Source of the DNA: Ignavibacteria bacterium
Lineage (GTDB): Bacteria; Bacteroidota; Ignavibacteria; Kapaibacteriales; Kapaibacteriaceae
NCBI GenBank assembly: GCA_013204605.1
Contig: JABMNI010000011.1
Location: forward strand, 16,887 to 80,886
Direction of reading: 5' to 3'
DNA length: 64,000 nucleotides
Of this stretch, positions 52,154-62,805 are shown piece after piece. Below the pieces are notes generated by a model. That model worked only from the letters and a program-made list of their open reading frames with translations, was not told the DNA's origin and ran no database searches. Position numbers and translations under genes: made by a program. The stretch's first letter is position 1; every line of letters starts with the position of its first letter.

Positions 52154-54183
52154 CTTTGCGTTTGTGTCCCCAAAAACTTTTTAAGTTTTTCAATCGAGTC
52201 AATCTTCTCTAGACAATACGTGTCCGTGCAAATCAAAATTCCATCTTGTTCTGAATCCTCGTCCAGTTGTTCATACGAGAAATACATTTCAGGAAGGAAA
52301 GAAGATTTCAACATTTCCAAAGCTTCCTTAATGTAGGGGGCTTTCCCATTAACCGGAATTTCAATACCAAACACAGTAGAAAGCCGGCATTGATACGTAG
52401 CAAGTGTCATACAAAAACTAACCGGCGAGGCAACAATCAACTTGGCTACACTACGAATCAAATCTCTCGCCAATGAATCCCATTTTGTTTGCTTGGTAAT
52501 TGCAAACAATGCCGTACTCACTTCAATCATCATACTGAGTCCACTGGGGTATGCTCCGTCTGAATAGTTCCGATAGCGCAGCAGCGTGTCACTAACATCT
52601 GGCTCCGTCATGCTGTACGAACCGTCCGGGTTCGAAAACTTTTTTGACGTATCATCTACTAGCGCAATAGCATCGTTAAGGTAATCGCTATTGCCAGTGT
52701 TCTGGTACAACTCAATTGCACCAAAGGCAAACATGGCGTAATCATCTAACATTGCGGCAGCTCCATGTTTTCCAATTCGAAAGCTGTGGTACCACTCAAT
52801 GTCACTTGATTCACTTTCTTTTGAAAGATTATTCTTACAAGCTTTATAAGCGCGTTCTGCTTGACCGGTGCAAACGTCATCTTGAAAAGCACTTCCCGCT
52901 TTTGCCAACGCACCAATCATCAGACCGTTCCAATCCATCAGTATTTTTGTGTCGGTTAACGGCGGCACCCTATTCGATCTTACTTCCAAAAGCTTGGTTC
53001 GTATTTCGGTCGGAATTTTCGGAGCCGATTCTATCCATGTATCTAAGCCAACATGCAGAATATTCTGGCCGGTCAAATTTCCCGTGGCTTCATCTGAAAA
53101 ATTTCCCGCTTCGGTCACGTTAAAAAGTTTAGCGAGGGAAATGAATTCATCACCTACTACTTTTTTGAATTCAGCTGCGTCCCATACATAATACTTTCCT
53201 TCTTCTCCATCACTGTCTGCATCCTGAGCGCTATAGAAATCCCCCTCTTCACTTGTCATGAACGAGCGGATGTATTCGGCAATTTCTAATCCGGTCTGCT
53301 TGTACCGTTCAATTCCTGTGGCCTGCCAAGCCTCTGTGTAAGCCCACAAAAGCAGCGCCTGATCATACAGCATTTTTTCGAAGTGAGGCACTAGCCACTT
53401 ATTATCAGTGGAATAGCGGTGGAATCCGTAGCCAACGTGGTCGAAAATTCCGCCGGCGCGCATGCCGTCGAGCGTACGACTCACCATGCGGAAGCACTCG
53501 GTATTTTTTTGCAACTTGCCGATGCGCATTAACATGATTAAATGGTGCGGGCTTGGGAATTTTGGTCGATCGGAAAATCCGCCAAACGCATCATCAAAAT
53601 ATTTTACGTGATATGCTAGCGCTTCATCTAACACCGATGCGCTGATTTCTCCCGCGTAATCGGTAGCAGACTTTTTAGTTAGAAAATCTGTTGCCTCGGC
53701 AGCGGATTTTAACAGACGTTGTTTATCCGATTTCCAGGTTGATGTAATTCTTTGAAGTAGATCTAGAAAACCGATTCTACCGTGAGTAGTGGTTGGAGCG
53801 AAATACGTACCAGCGAAAAACGGACGCATTCCCGCGTCCATCATAATGCTTAAAGGCCAGCCTCCGTGACCCGTCATAGCTTGGCAAATATCCATACACA
53901 TGGCATCGATATCAGGTCGTTCTTCTCGATCTACCTTTATGCTGATGAAGTGCTTGTTGAGAAAGTTGGCAATTGTTTGGTTCTCGAACGACTCACGCTC
54001 CATTACATGACACCAATGGCAGGTTGAATATCCGATACTAACAAAAACCGGCTTGTCTAGTTTCTTGGCAAGGTTGAAGGCATCCGGCGACCACGGCACC
54101 CAGTTCACTGGGTTATATGCATGTTGCAGTAGGTACGGTGACGTCTCATTAATAAGACCATTTGGCTTGCCTTTATCCTGCAT
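52150..54183 (-). CDS. Thioredoxin-domain (DUF255) / six-hairpin glycosidase-like protein, YyaL/SSP411 family
   Basis: The N-terminal [38 protein letters not shown] is the canonical DUF255 motif. Length is 677 aa. Confidence 0.8.
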   Translation of the reverse strand: MQDKGKPNGLINETSPYLLQHAYNPVNWVPWSPDAFNLAKKLDKPVFVSIGYSTCHWCHVMERESFENQTIANFLNKHFISIKVDREERPDIDAMCMDICQAMTGHGGWPLSIMMDAGMRPFFAGTYFAPTTTHGRIGFLDLLQRITSTWKSDKQRLLKSAAEATDFLTKKSATDYAGEISASVLDEALAYHVKYFDDAFGGFSDRPKFPSPHHLIMLMRIGKLQKNTECFRMVSRTLDGMRAGGIFDHVGYGFHRYSTDNKWLVPHFEKMLYDQALLLWAYTEAWQATGIERYKQTGLEIAEYIRSFMTSEEGDFYSAQDADSDGEEGKYYVWDAAEFKKVVGDEFISLAKLFNVTEAGNFSDEATGNLTGQNILHVGLDTWIESAPKIPTEIRTKLLEVRSNRVPPLTDTKILMDWNGLMIGALAKAGSAFQDDVCTGQAERAYKACKNNLSKESESSDIEWYHSFRIGKHGAAAMLDDYAMFAFGAIELYQNTGNSDYLNDAIALVDDTSKKFSNPDGSYSMTEPDVSDTLLRYRNYSDGAYPSGLSMMIEVSTALFAITKQTKWDSLARDLIRSVAKLIVASPVSFCMTLATYQCRLSTVFGIEIPVNGKAPYIKEALEMLKSSFLPEMYFSYEQLDEDSEQDGILICTDTYCLEKIDSIEKLKKFLGTQTQR

Positions 54184-55183
54184 ATACGCTAGAGATAATT
54201 GGAATCAGATAGTCATTGAACGCCTTGTTCAAATCATAGTCCGGAACCCAACCCCAGTCTTTGCGTGCTGCACTATCGTTAACGTCAGCACACCATGAAT
54301 CTACTATCGCCTGACGTTTCATATGAGGCTCGTACGTTATTTGTGCGGCTGGGAAAGCCCCCTGCACCATTTCGGCAATTTCTTCTGCCGAAGGAGCAAA
54401 TGCGCCAATATTATAAACGCGTTTTGTAAGAGCATCTGCATTGGCTGCGGCAAGTTGCACGAGTGCCTTTACACCGTCGGGCATTGCCATGAACGGGATA
54501 CGAGTGTCAGGTCGGACAAAGCACGCATACGGTTTACCCTGGGCTGCGGCGTGAATCATTTCGGGAGCATAATCGCTGGTACCGCCACTTGGAATGGTGG
54601 TGGCAGATATTAGTCCGGGAAAACGCAGTGCACGGAAATCCACATTTTTCTTTGAGGCGCTAGCAGAAAGCTGACCATATCGGTCACTCATATAGCCGCC
54701 CAGCTGCTCGCAATACAGTTTGTTAATGCCGTACATCGTAGTTGGTGTTAGGTACTGGTCTTCGTTCACGGCACCAGCTTGCTGCTTTTGTTCAAGTGAT
54801 TTCAGACCATACACGGCAATCGTGCTTGGGAACAAAAATTTGACTGGTACGCCAACCCGCTCGCCAATTTTACGCGACAACGTAAGCAAGCCGAGAGTTC
54901 CGTTAACATTTACCGCGTGCGCTCGCTCCGGATTTTTCTCAGCGCTGGTACTTAAAAGTGCCGCTAAGTGATATAGTTCTGAAATGTCTTCCGATTCTAA
55001 ATCGGAAATCAAGTTTGGATCTGAAATGTCGGCTTGATACACCTTGTGTACTTTTTGCGCGTACGCCGGCGGCAATTGCGCAAGATCAACGGCAATTACC
55101 TTTGTATTCTGTTGTTGTGCAAAATGGTCAAGAAGACTATGTCCAATTTCCCCACCAGCTCCGGTCACTAAAACTGTGCTCAT
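54173..55183 (-). CDS. NAD-dependent epimerase/dehydratase family protein (extended SDR)
   Basis: The Rossmann motif [14 protein letters not shown] is present. Length is 336 aa. Confidence 0.7.
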   Translation of the reverse strand: MSTVLVTGAGGEIGHSLLDHFAQQQNTKVIAVDLAQLPPAYAQKVHKVYQADISDPNLISDLESEDISELYHLAALLSTSAEKNPERAHAVNVNGTLGLLTLSRKIGERVGVPVKFLFPSTIAVYGLKSLEQKQQAGAVNEDQYLTPTTMYGINKLYCEQLGGYMSDRYGQLSASASKKNVDFRALRFPGLISATTIPSGGTSDYAPEMIHAAAQGKPYACFVRPDTRIPFMAMPDGVKALVQLAAANADALTKRVYNIGAFAPSAEEIAEMVQGAFPAAQITYEPHMKRQAIVDSWCADVNDSAARKDWGWVPDYDLNKAFNDYLIPIISSVYAG

Positions 55184-55252
55184 AACTCCAATATCGTGTG
55201 TTTATTGAAGCACAAACTTACGGGAACTCGACCGACCGTACCTCAGACTCTT

Positions 55253-56251
55253 TTAGGCATTGCGAAGAAATTGAACGGTTCTGTCTATTCCGTAGGATTT
55301 GATAACCTCGCCACACGTGCTGGTCCGTTGTCCGTGGTGCCGCATGTACTCCAAGCAACCCTGCTGCTGCCAAATGTAGTCCTGCGGCAAATGTGGATAA
55401 GCTCGGCGAATCAGTCCATACGGATGCACCGCCTTGGCTCCCCAATACCACTGCAATAGCGCTATTCGTTGCGAATCACTTGCTCTTGCACAACAAAGTG
55501 GTAAAACTACATTCACAAAGAGTTCCCTCCTTAATGAACTTCCCTCCGTTGCAATTCGCTCGCTTTCAACCTGTTCGGCAATCAAGTGGATATCGGCAGC
55601 ATCTATGTTTGGTAATTGCAACGCCAGCCTTCCCACGGTAGAATCTGCAATGTTTGTCAACATTTGTTTTGCAATTTCTATAGTCCGGGGTCGATGATTC
55701 TTCTTCGACAGTCTTTCAACCCATTCAGCTAGCAACGCATTTACTGATTTCACCGGACCCAACCTTTGCATTGTATGTTGCGCATGAGCCGTTAGGCGGA
55801 GCAGTCGAAGAAGCGCAAAGTGCTGCAGCTCTTCAACGGGAAGCGAGATCTTTCCCAAACCTTTGTCGCGTTTAAGTTTTCGCATGGCGCTTCCCAATTC
55901 TGCCGAGGGCAACACCAGCGTCCATTTTGCAAAGTCTAACGCCGAATCGTTTTGCAATACAACATGCAACAGCACCGGTTCATACTTAATATCGTGCTGG
56001 TGGTTATGTGCTATCCACGCTGAGGATTTTTTATGGAATTCACCGGCGCCAACGTAAATGTTGCCGTCGCACAATATTGCCATGTCGGAATAATCCGGTC
56101 CGTCGTGCACGTTTATCATCCCGGCAGCAATAATCTGAATTTGTGCTCCATTGGTACAGAGCCATTTCTTTTCAGGCGCACCTAACAAGGCATGTACAGC
56201 CCCCTGCAACATTCTTTCAGGCAAATCAATAACTCGCATTTCAACCTCCAA
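55253..56251 (-). CDS. DUF2851 family protein
   Basis: The segment HDGPDYSDMAILCDGNIYVGAGEFHKKSSAWIAHNHQHDIKYEPVLLHVV matches the DUF2851 signature (GPDF..A.I.I...W.G.VE.H...S.W..H.HH.D..Y..V.LHVV). Confidence 0.55.
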   Translation of the reverse strand: MEVEMRVIDLPERMLQGAVHALLGAPEKKWLCTNGAQIQIIAAGMINVHDGPDYSDMAILCDGNIYVGAGEFHKKSSAWIAHNHQHDIKYEPVLLHVVLQNDSALDFAKWTLVLPSAELGSAMRKLKRDKGLGKISLPVEELQHFALLRLLRLTAHAQHTMQRLGPVKSVNALLAEWVERLSKKNHRPRTIEIAKQMLTNIADSTVGRLALQLPNIDAADIHLIAEQVESERIATEGSSLRRELFVNVVLPLCCARASDSQRIALLQWYWGAKAVHPYGLIRRAYPHLPQDYIWQQQGCLEYMRHHGQRTSTCGEVIKSYGIDRTVQFLRNA

Positions 56252-56286
56252 TACCCTCGTATTGAAAGCACGACAAAACGTGACAC

Positions 56287-57042
56287 TTACGCGATTTTTA
56301 ATTCATCCCAGATTTTCTTTGCCTCGTTGCGGGCCTTTTCGGCAAAATCAGACCCGTTCCCACTATATAGGATAGACCTACTAGCGTTAAATAATGCCGG
56401 CCCTTTGTAGTTGGCACGCACCAGTTGTTGCACGTCCCCTCCCTGAGCCCCAATTCCAGGTATCAAAAACGGCACGTCGGGGAACTCCCCTCGCAGCTCA
56501 CGCATCTCCGACGGATGCATGGCTCCAACAACAAACCCCAACTCCGACACTCGCTCCCACTGCATTGCCGTTTGTATAACTTTTTTATAAAGGGGCTCAC
56601 CCCCTACGCTTAATCTCTGGAAATCGGATGATCCAGCGTTTGAAGTCAGTGCCAAAACATACACACATTTATTGGGAAAATTCAAGAACGGTTTCACCGA
56701 GTCTTCTCCCATATACGGCGATACCGTAAGGGCATCAGCACCCATGTCGTTAAAGGCGGCAATTGCATAAGCTCTTGAAGTATTTCCAATGTCACCTCGT
56801 TTTGCATCGAGAATGAAATAATGACTGCCAACCAACTTTCTGGTCTCGTAAAGTGCCTTTACACCTTCCACTCCATACTGCTCATAAAACGCGGAGTTTG
56901 CTTTGTACGCCGATGCGTACTCTCGCGTTGAAGCGATGATTTCTTTATTGAATTCGACAATCGCATTTATGTTGCCTCGCAAGTGTTGAGGGAACTTATC
57001 GATGTCGACATCTAACCCGATGCATAAACCGTTTGGAATCAT
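56287..57042 (-). CDS. pyrF: Orotidine 5'-phosphate decarboxylase (type 2)
   Basis: The motifs LCIGLDVD, ILDAKRGDIGNTS and the C-terminal LIPGIGAQGG are present. I trimmed the start to MIPNGL, because the track's 40-aa extension overlaps the divergent protease gene. Confidence 0.8.
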   Translation of the reverse strand: MIPNGLCIGLDVDIDKFPQHLRGNINAIVEFNKEIIASTREYASAYKANSAFYEQYGVEGVKALYETRKLVGSHYFILDAKRGDIGNTSRAYAIAAFNDMGADALTVSPYMGEDSVKPFLNFPNKCVYVLALTSNAGSSDFQRLSVGGEPLYKKVIQTAMQWERVSELGFVVGAMHPSEMRELRGEFPDVPFLIPGIGAQGGDVQQLVRANYKGPALFNASRSILYSGNGSDFAEKARNEAKKIWDELKIA

Positions 57043-57280
57043 ACCTACAAATTTACACGCGATTGAGTGTAACCTTCCAACACAGGTCTCGTCATTGCTC
57101 CTAACGTCCCCCGATAGGCGTGTGAACACCACCGACAACCAAGTTTCGGCCACACGTCTCACCCAAGATGCCCGAGCGCTACAGTCCCTCCCACACTGCG
57201 CCGGGCATCGTTTATTTACGGGTTGCCGTATTTTGGGCGTTTATTGCCAAAACTCAACTTCGATTCTGTTCAAGGAACCC

Positions 57281-59746
57281 ATGGTTACGGTTTTTAACCC
57301 TCGCACAATTTTGTCAACTCTGACTTTGATCCTACTTATTGGTTGTGGCTCCGCTACGAATACCCAGCAGGGTGGTATGGGTGGACCGGGAGGCGATAAG
57401 GATGCTAAGAAGTCTATCAAACCTTATGATAAGGTGATTACAAAAGAAGCGGTTTCCGATACGGGGCTGTTCACTGTCCACCGCATTGACGACAAGTTCT
57501 TTTTCGAAATCAGTAATACAATTCTCGGTGAAGAATTTTTACTCGTAACCAGAATTGCCAAAACACCTCAAGTTGGGTACGGCGGCGAGGAGAGTAATAC
57601 TTCCGTTGTTAGGTGGGAACGCAAATACGATAGGATATTGCTGCGGACAGTTTCGTACGAAAACGTGGCGCCTGATTCTATGCCGATAAGCCGCGCCGTT
57701 AAGGCGTCGAATTTCGAAGAGATTGTTAAGGCGTTCTCTATTCAAGCCTTTAATCAGGACACCTCTACAGTAGTAATTGAAGTCACTGACTTGTTTACAA
57801 CTGACGTACCAATGTTGACTCCGAACAAAGGAATCAAAACACAACTCAAAACTTCTTCGTTAGACAAAGAGCGAAGCTATATTGAATATGCTAGAAGTTT
57901 TCCTACCAACGTTGAGATAGAAAATGTAATTACGTACTCGGCCGATGCACCTTTACAAAACAGAGATTCTAAGACAGCTACTTTTACTATGCACCATTCA
58001 ATGGTACAGCTACCGGCGGTGCCAATGACCCCGCGACTGGCAGATCCGCGAGTAGGATTCTTTTCTTTGCGTCAGACAGATTATGGCAGGCCCGAACCCG
58101 AGGCTGTTTCTCGTGAATATATTTTACGTTGGAGGTTGGAGCCCAAGGATACGGCCGCTTTTTTGCGCGGCGAGTTAGTAGAACCAATCAAGCCCATTAC
58201 TTGGTATTTAGATCCGGCTACTCCGGTGCAGTGGCGAGAATGGTTGCGCAAAGGTGTAGAAGATTGGAATTGGGCGTTCAATGCTGCCGGTTTTAAAAAT
58301 GCCATACGATGTTTGGATGCGCCAACACCGGAACAAGATTCTGAATGGTCACCCGAAGATGCTAGGTACAGCGTGTTGCGCTACTACCCTTCGCCCATTG
58401 AAAACGCCTATGGTCCGAACATTCACGATCCTCGCACCGGCGAGATAATCGAGAGCGACATTGGATGGTTTCATAACATTCTAAAATTGCAAACAGGTTG
58501 GTTTTTTGCGCAGGCCGTCTCCGATCCTAGGTCAAGGAAACTCCCATATTCAGACTCACTGATGGGCCGGTTGGTCCAAACGGTAGCGTCGCACGAGATT
58601 GGTCATACGCTGGGCTTCCCTCACAACATGGCAGCATCTTCTGCCTACCCTGTTGACTCGCTTCGCTCTAAAACTTTCTGTGCACAGTTTGGGACAGCTC
58701 CCTCCATAATGGATTATGCACGATACAATTACATAGCACAACCGGGCGATGATGTTGACGTAATGCCCAAGATCGGTCCGTACGATATTTTTGCAACACG
58801 GTGGGGCTACAGGCCGATTATCGAGGCGAAAACTGCCGACGCAGAAGTGCCAACACTGCTAACTTGGGCCGCACCATCGGAAGAAATCAAGATGATGCGA
58901 TTTGGGGACCAGCAGTGGGTGACCGTCGATCCGAGTTCGCAAATGGAAGACCTCGGCGACGACGCACTAAAGGCTGGCGAGTATGGCATAGCAAATTTGA
59001 AACGGGCTATGGGGTACTTGTATGATGCGGCGTATCAGGAGGGTCACGACTTCAGCTTGCTCGATGATTCGTACGATGATATTTTGAACCAGTGGCGCAG
59101 AGAAATGGGACACGTTGCCAACATTCCGGGTGGTGTGATAATTGATCTAAAGGTTTACGGTTCGAAAGGCAATCAGTACACTCCCGTTACAAAGGAACGT
59201 CAGAAGGCAGCAGTGAACTTTATTGTTCAACATGTGTTTACCACTCCAACTTGGTTGTTAGATGAAAAAGTGATGAGTTTGCTCGAGCCTTACGGAAGTG
59301 TAAAGCGTATTTCCGATGCTCAGAGTAGCCTTTTGGGTACGTTGATAAGTAACGACAAATTGATTCGCATGATGGACCAAGATGTTCGATTTGGTTCAAA
59401 GGCGTACACAGTAAATGAGCTTTTCAACGATGTGGAAAATTCGATTTTCTCCGATGTGCTCGTTAAAACACCGTCGGATTTTTATAAGCGTTCTCTCCAA
59501 CGTTCCTATGTATCAAAGTTGATCGAGAAAACCGAGAAACCAGCCGAGATTTCGACTGGTGGGTTCTTTTCCTTTATGCAACGCGCCTATGATGTGTACA
59601 ATACTGATGCACGCGCTATTGCGCGTGCACATCTTTCAGCGCTAGGTAAGAAACTTACGTCTGCCGCGAGCGCCGACCCAATTGTAAAAGCCCATTACGA
59701 GGATTTATCGTTACAAATTGAACGCGCATTAAATCCAATTCGCTAA
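57281..59746 (+). CDS. Zinc-dependent metalloprotease lipoprotein (DUF4953/DUF5117-type)
   Basis: ATG at 57281 follows AAGGAA. The lipobox is LILLIGCGSATN. The zinc motif HEIGHTLGFPHN (HExxH) is present. Length is about 821 aa. Confidence 0.7.
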   Translation: MVTVFNPRTILSTLTLILLIGCGSATNTQQGGMGGPGGDKDAKKSIKPYDKVITKEAVSDTGLFTVHRIDDKFFFEISNTILGEEFLLVTRIAKTPQVGYGGEESNTSVVRWERKYDRILLRTVSYENVAPDSMPISRAVKASNFEEIVKAFSIQAFNQDTSTVVIEVTDLFTTDVPMLTPNKGIKTQLKTSSLDKERSYIEYARSFPTNVEIENVITYSADAPLQNRDSKTATFTMHHSMVQLPAVPMTPRLADPRVGFFSLRQTDYGRPEPEAVSREYILRWRLEPKDTAAFLRGELVEPIKPITWYLDPATPVQWREWLRKGVEDWNWAFNAAGFKNAIRCLDAPTPEQDSEWSPEDARYSVLRYYPSPIENAYGPNIHDPRTGEIIESDIGWFHNILKLQTGWFFAQAVSDPRSRKLPYSDSLMGRLVQTVASHEIGHTLGFPHNMAASSAYPVDSLRSKTFCAQFGTAPSIMDYARYNYIAQPGDDVDVMPKIGPYDIFATRWGYRPIIEAKTADAEVPTLLTWAAPSEEIKMMRFGDQQWVTVDPSSQMEDLGDDALKAGEYGIANLKRAMGYLYDAAYQEGHDFSLLDDSYDDILNQWRREMGHVANIPGGVIIDLKVYGSKGNQYTPVTKERQKAAVNFIVQHVFTTPTWLLDEKVMSLLEPYGSVKRISDAQSSLLGTLISNDKLIRMMDQDVRFGSKAYTVNELFNDVENSIFSDVLVKTPSDFYKRSLQRSYVSKLIEKTEKPAEISTGGFFSFMQRAYDVYNTDARAIARAHLSALGKKLTSAASADPIVKAHYEDLSLQIERALNPIR

Positions 59747-60007
59747 ATGAAACAACTCAATGCTCGCACCTTGGTTTGGATTGCCTATAGTTCATTATTT
59801 CTGAGCTTGGTGTGGGGCGTACCAGGACTGTTAGCAGCATTGTTTGTGCTGAAAAGGATACCCAAGGATTTAGGCGGGACAGAACCGAACCAAAAAGAAA
59901 AACGAGACCTACGTGGAGCATATTTTATTGCTCGGTTGGGTCTCGTTTTGAGTAGCCTATACTGTGTTGTGATACTGTGGAAACTCATTTCCACGCATAT
60001 ACTGTAA
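59747..60007 (+). CDS. Small two-TM membrane protein (DUF4190-like?)
   Basis: Length is 86 aa with two hydrophobic helices. It starts 1 nt after the protease stop. Confidence 0.35.
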   Translation: MKQLNARTLVWIAYSSLFLSLVWGVPGLLAALFVLKRIPKDLGGTEPNQKEKRDLRGAYFIARLGLVLSSLYCVVILWKLISTHIL

Positions 60008-60015
60008 CAAAGTCC

Positions 60016-60435
60016 TTATGACATCGATGGCATTGACGGTTGCGGCACCGACGGGCCAATGTACCTGATATCTGACGAAAACGCCATAATAGGTAGCATT
60101 ATTATTGAAAACAATGCGAGTAACACGCCCCATGCGGTAGTCTTCCCAAAACTTTTTGCGAGGTCGATGTTTACAATAAAACCTATAACGATGTTCACCA
60201 TAGGAACTAACATCAAGATCACCCACCATGACGGCCTTCCAACAATTTCCAGCATAACAATCCAGTTGTAAATGGGTACGAATCCTGCCCAGAGTGGTTT
60301 TCCAGCTTTTTCGAAAACTTTTCCAAGACAAAATCCAATGGCCAAATAGATGACCAAAATGAAAATCATATAAGCACCGATAAAGGCTACCAAAAGACCC
60401 ATGGCATTCGGATCTTCAAACGGAATTTCTTCCAT
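60016..60435 (-). CDS. Small polytopic membrane protein (DUF5684-like)
   Basis: The conserved stretch GRPSWWVILMLVPMVNIV is present. I trimmed the start to MEEIPF to avoid a 5' overlap with the divergent DoxX gene. Confidence 0.4.
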   Translation of the reverse strand: MEEIPFEDPNAMGLLVAFIGAYMIFILVIYLAIGFCLGKVFEKAGKPLWAGFVPIYNWIVMLEIVGRPSWWVILMLVPMVNIVIGFIVNIDLAKSFGKTTAWGVLLALFSIIMLPIMAFSSDIRYIGPSVPQPSMPSMS

Positions 60436-60494
60436 AACGTCCACCCTTCCAATTAATGAATAAACCAGCGTCCGTGAAAATAGTATTTTGCGGC

Positions 60495-60953
60495 ATGAAA
60501 GCAATGCCATATTTATCATTTTTACTGCGAATAATTTTAGGAGCGTACTTTTTGTACGCCGCAATTCCTAAGATTTTCGACCCTTTGGCGTTTGCCACAG
60601 CCATTTCACACTACCACATTCTACCCCTGTTCGCGGTTAATGCTTTTGCCCTTGTTGTTCCCTGGTTGGAACTATTAGTAGGTGTCTGCCTCGTGGTTGG
60701 ATACAACATAAAAACTGCCGCATTGCTGTATTTCATATTACTTTTCGCGTTCACTGTTGCTGTTGCCATTGCAGTTGTGCAGGGTCTGAAAATCGATTGC
60801 GGCTGCTTTGGCGCAGATGCCGCCGAAGAAGTTGGCTGGTTTAAAGTTTTCAAAAATTCGCTGTTGTTAGGGGGCTCTGTGGTTCTTTGGTTCTACCCGA
60901 GGTCTGTTTTGGCAATCGAATCGTTACGTGGGCAAGCTAAACATGACATCTGA
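60495..60953 (+). CDS. DoxX/MauE-family membrane protein
   Basis: There are 4 TM helices. The N-terminal LLRIILGAYFLYAAIPKIFDP is typical of MauE/DoxX. Confidence 0.55.
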   Translation: MKAMPYLSFLLRIILGAYFLYAAIPKIFDPLAFATAISHYHILPLFAVNAFALVVPWLELLVGVCLVVGYNIKTAALLYFILLFAFTVAVAIAVVQGLKIDCGCFGADAAEEVGWFKVFKNSLLLGGSVVLWFYPRSVLAIESLRGQAKHDI

Positions 60954-62805
60954 AAATGGTGCCTCGATTGTACTGAATAGGCTGGGGCAAAAAGCAATAG
61001 TGGTAGACGGTTCTACGCAGGTTGAGTTAGCCAGGCGCGGCTATGCAGACAAGCCTTGCGACAGGTACAACCTCACCTCGGCCGTAGTGGTTGAAAAAAT
61101 TCACGCTGACTTCATTGATGCCGGCGCAACGCTCATCCAAACAAACACACTGAATGCGAACAGGTTTGCGTTAGAATCCAGTTTGCTCTCTGCTCGCGTC
61201 CAAGAAATAAACCGCAAGGGTGTTTGGATAGCTCGCTCGGCAGCTAAGGGGAGGGCGTTTGTTGCTGGAGTGATTGGACCCACCGGCCGACTCTTGCATC
61301 CGCTGGGGGCATTAAATACTTCCGATGCAATCGAGGCATTTAGTGAGCAGGCACATGCACTTGTTGCTGCCGGATGCGACGTGCTTTTACTAAAGTCGTT
61401 TATCCATTTGCAAGAGCTGAAACTTGCTATACAAGCCGCGTTACGTGCAACCAGCACCATTCCAATTATTGCGCTGAAGTCATTCCCCGAAGACGGATCC
61501 ATATTAAGTGGAAGTTTTCCTACGATTGTCGCAAATGAACTTGCGGCGCATGAAGTGCAGGCAGTTGGCTCTAATGGAACTGTGGGTCCGCAAAGGATGA
61601 TAGGAATTATCGAGTCGATGCGATCGTGTGGACTGCCCTTGGTGGCCATACCCGACATTGGTATACCAACTCTGATTGACGGCATTGCCATTTACAACGC
61701 CGAGGCAGATTACGTGGCAGAAGCTGCGGTGAGATTAGTTGAACATGGTGCTTCAATAATTGGTGCCGAAGGCGGTGCTTCGGTTGAACACATCAAGGCT
61801 ATCGCGAAGGCTGTAGCAAACATCACCGTTGGATCGGCACCCATCAAGATTAGTTCGAAGAAAGAACCGGATGAACTGAGCGCAAACAAAGAGCCCCTTT
61901 CAATGTTTCAGCAAGCATTGAATTCAGGGTTTGTTTCGACGGTTGAATTGGATGTTCCGCGCGGACTAGATATGAGTTCGGTGATTGCTGGTGCGGAGTA
62001 TCTGAAGCAACATGGCGTGACGGCGGTGAATATTAGCGATGGTGCACGGGCGCGGCTGCGGATGAGTCCGATTGCGATTTCGAAAATTGTGCAAGACAAA
62101 ACGGGGATGCAGTGCATTACCCACCTTGCATGTCGTGACAGGAATATGGTGGGTCTGCAGAGCGAGGTGTTGGGCGCGCACGAACTTGGCGTACGGAACA
62201 TTCTGGCGGTAACCGGAGATCCAACGCACATTGGCGACTTTCCTGGTGCTACCAGTGTGTATGACGTTGATTCGATTGGTCTGATCAGAGCTCTTGGAAA
62301 CATGAATAATGGCGCCGACCTTATGAACAATCCATTGGGTCAGTCAACCACGTTTTGCATTTCCTGTGCCGCCAACCCGGCGGCCGATGATATTGAACGT
62401 GAAATTGACCGACTTGCCATGAAGGCTGAGCAAGGGGCTCATGTGGCGTTTTCGCAGCCGGTATTTGATGAAGAATTGTTGGAGAGATTTTTGGAGCGTA
62501 TACAACACATTCCAATAAAATTTCTGCTGGGAATAATTCCGTTGCGTACAATTCGGCATGCCGAGTTTTTGCATTATGAAGTTCCTGGAATGAACATTCC
62601 AGTGTGGGTGCGTGAAAAGCTTGCTGTGGCAGGTTCTACTGAACATGCAACCGAACTTGGGATTGAAATTGCGGTGGATTTTTTGAAACGAGTTCGTAAT
62701 AAAGTAAACGGTGTGTATTTAATGCCACCATTCAAAAAGTATCAAATTGCTGTGAAAATATTAGAACATATTTCTGAACCGGAGAAAACTCATGGATCAA
62801 ATTGA
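60943..62805 (+). CDS. Bifunctional homocysteine S-methyltransferase domain / 5,10-methylenetetrahydrofolate reductase fusion
   Basis: The N-terminal half is an Hcy-binding (S-methyl_trans) barrel (VVDGSTQVELARRG...). The C-terminal half is MTHFR-like (FVSTVELDVPRG...AVNISDGARARLRMS...LAVTGDP). The GTG at 60928 is an alternative start. Confidence 0.7.
   Translation: MTSENGASIVLNRLGQKAIVVDGSTQVELARRGYADKPCDRYNLTSAVVVEKIHADFIDAGATLIQTNTLNANRFALESSLLSARVQEINRKGVWIARSAAKGRAFVAGVIGPTGRLLHPLGALNTSDAIEAFSEQAHALVAAGCDVLLLKSFIHLQELKLAIQAALRATSTIPIIALKSFPEDGSILSGSFPTIVANELAAHEVQAVGSNGTVGPQRMIGIIESMRSCGLPLVAIPDIGIPTLIDGIAIYNAEADYVAEAAVRLVEHGASIIGAEGGASVEHIKAIAKAVANITVGSAPIKISSKKEPDELSANKEPLSMFQQALNSGFVSTVELDVPRGLDMSSVIAGAEYLKQHGVTAVNISDGARARLRMSPIAISKIVQDKTGMQCITHLACRDRNMVGLQSEVLGAHELGVRNILAVTGDPTHIGDFPGATSVYDVDSIGLIRALGNMNNGADLMNNPLGQSTTFCISCAANPAADDIEREIDRLAMKAEQGAHVAFSQPVFDEELLERFLERIQHIPIKFLLGIIPLRTIRHAEFLHYEVPGMNIPVWVREKLAVAGSTEHATELGIEIAVDFLKRVRNKVNGVYLMPPFKKYQIAVKILEHISEPEKTHGSN

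Noticed and set aside
60456-60564. Apparent 5'-5' overlap between the DoxX-like gene and the divergent DUF5684-like gene
   Set aside because: Internal methionine starts (60495 for plus, 60435 for minus) give a normal divergent arrangement with a ~60-nt intergenic region. The overlap is therefore an ORF-track artefact.
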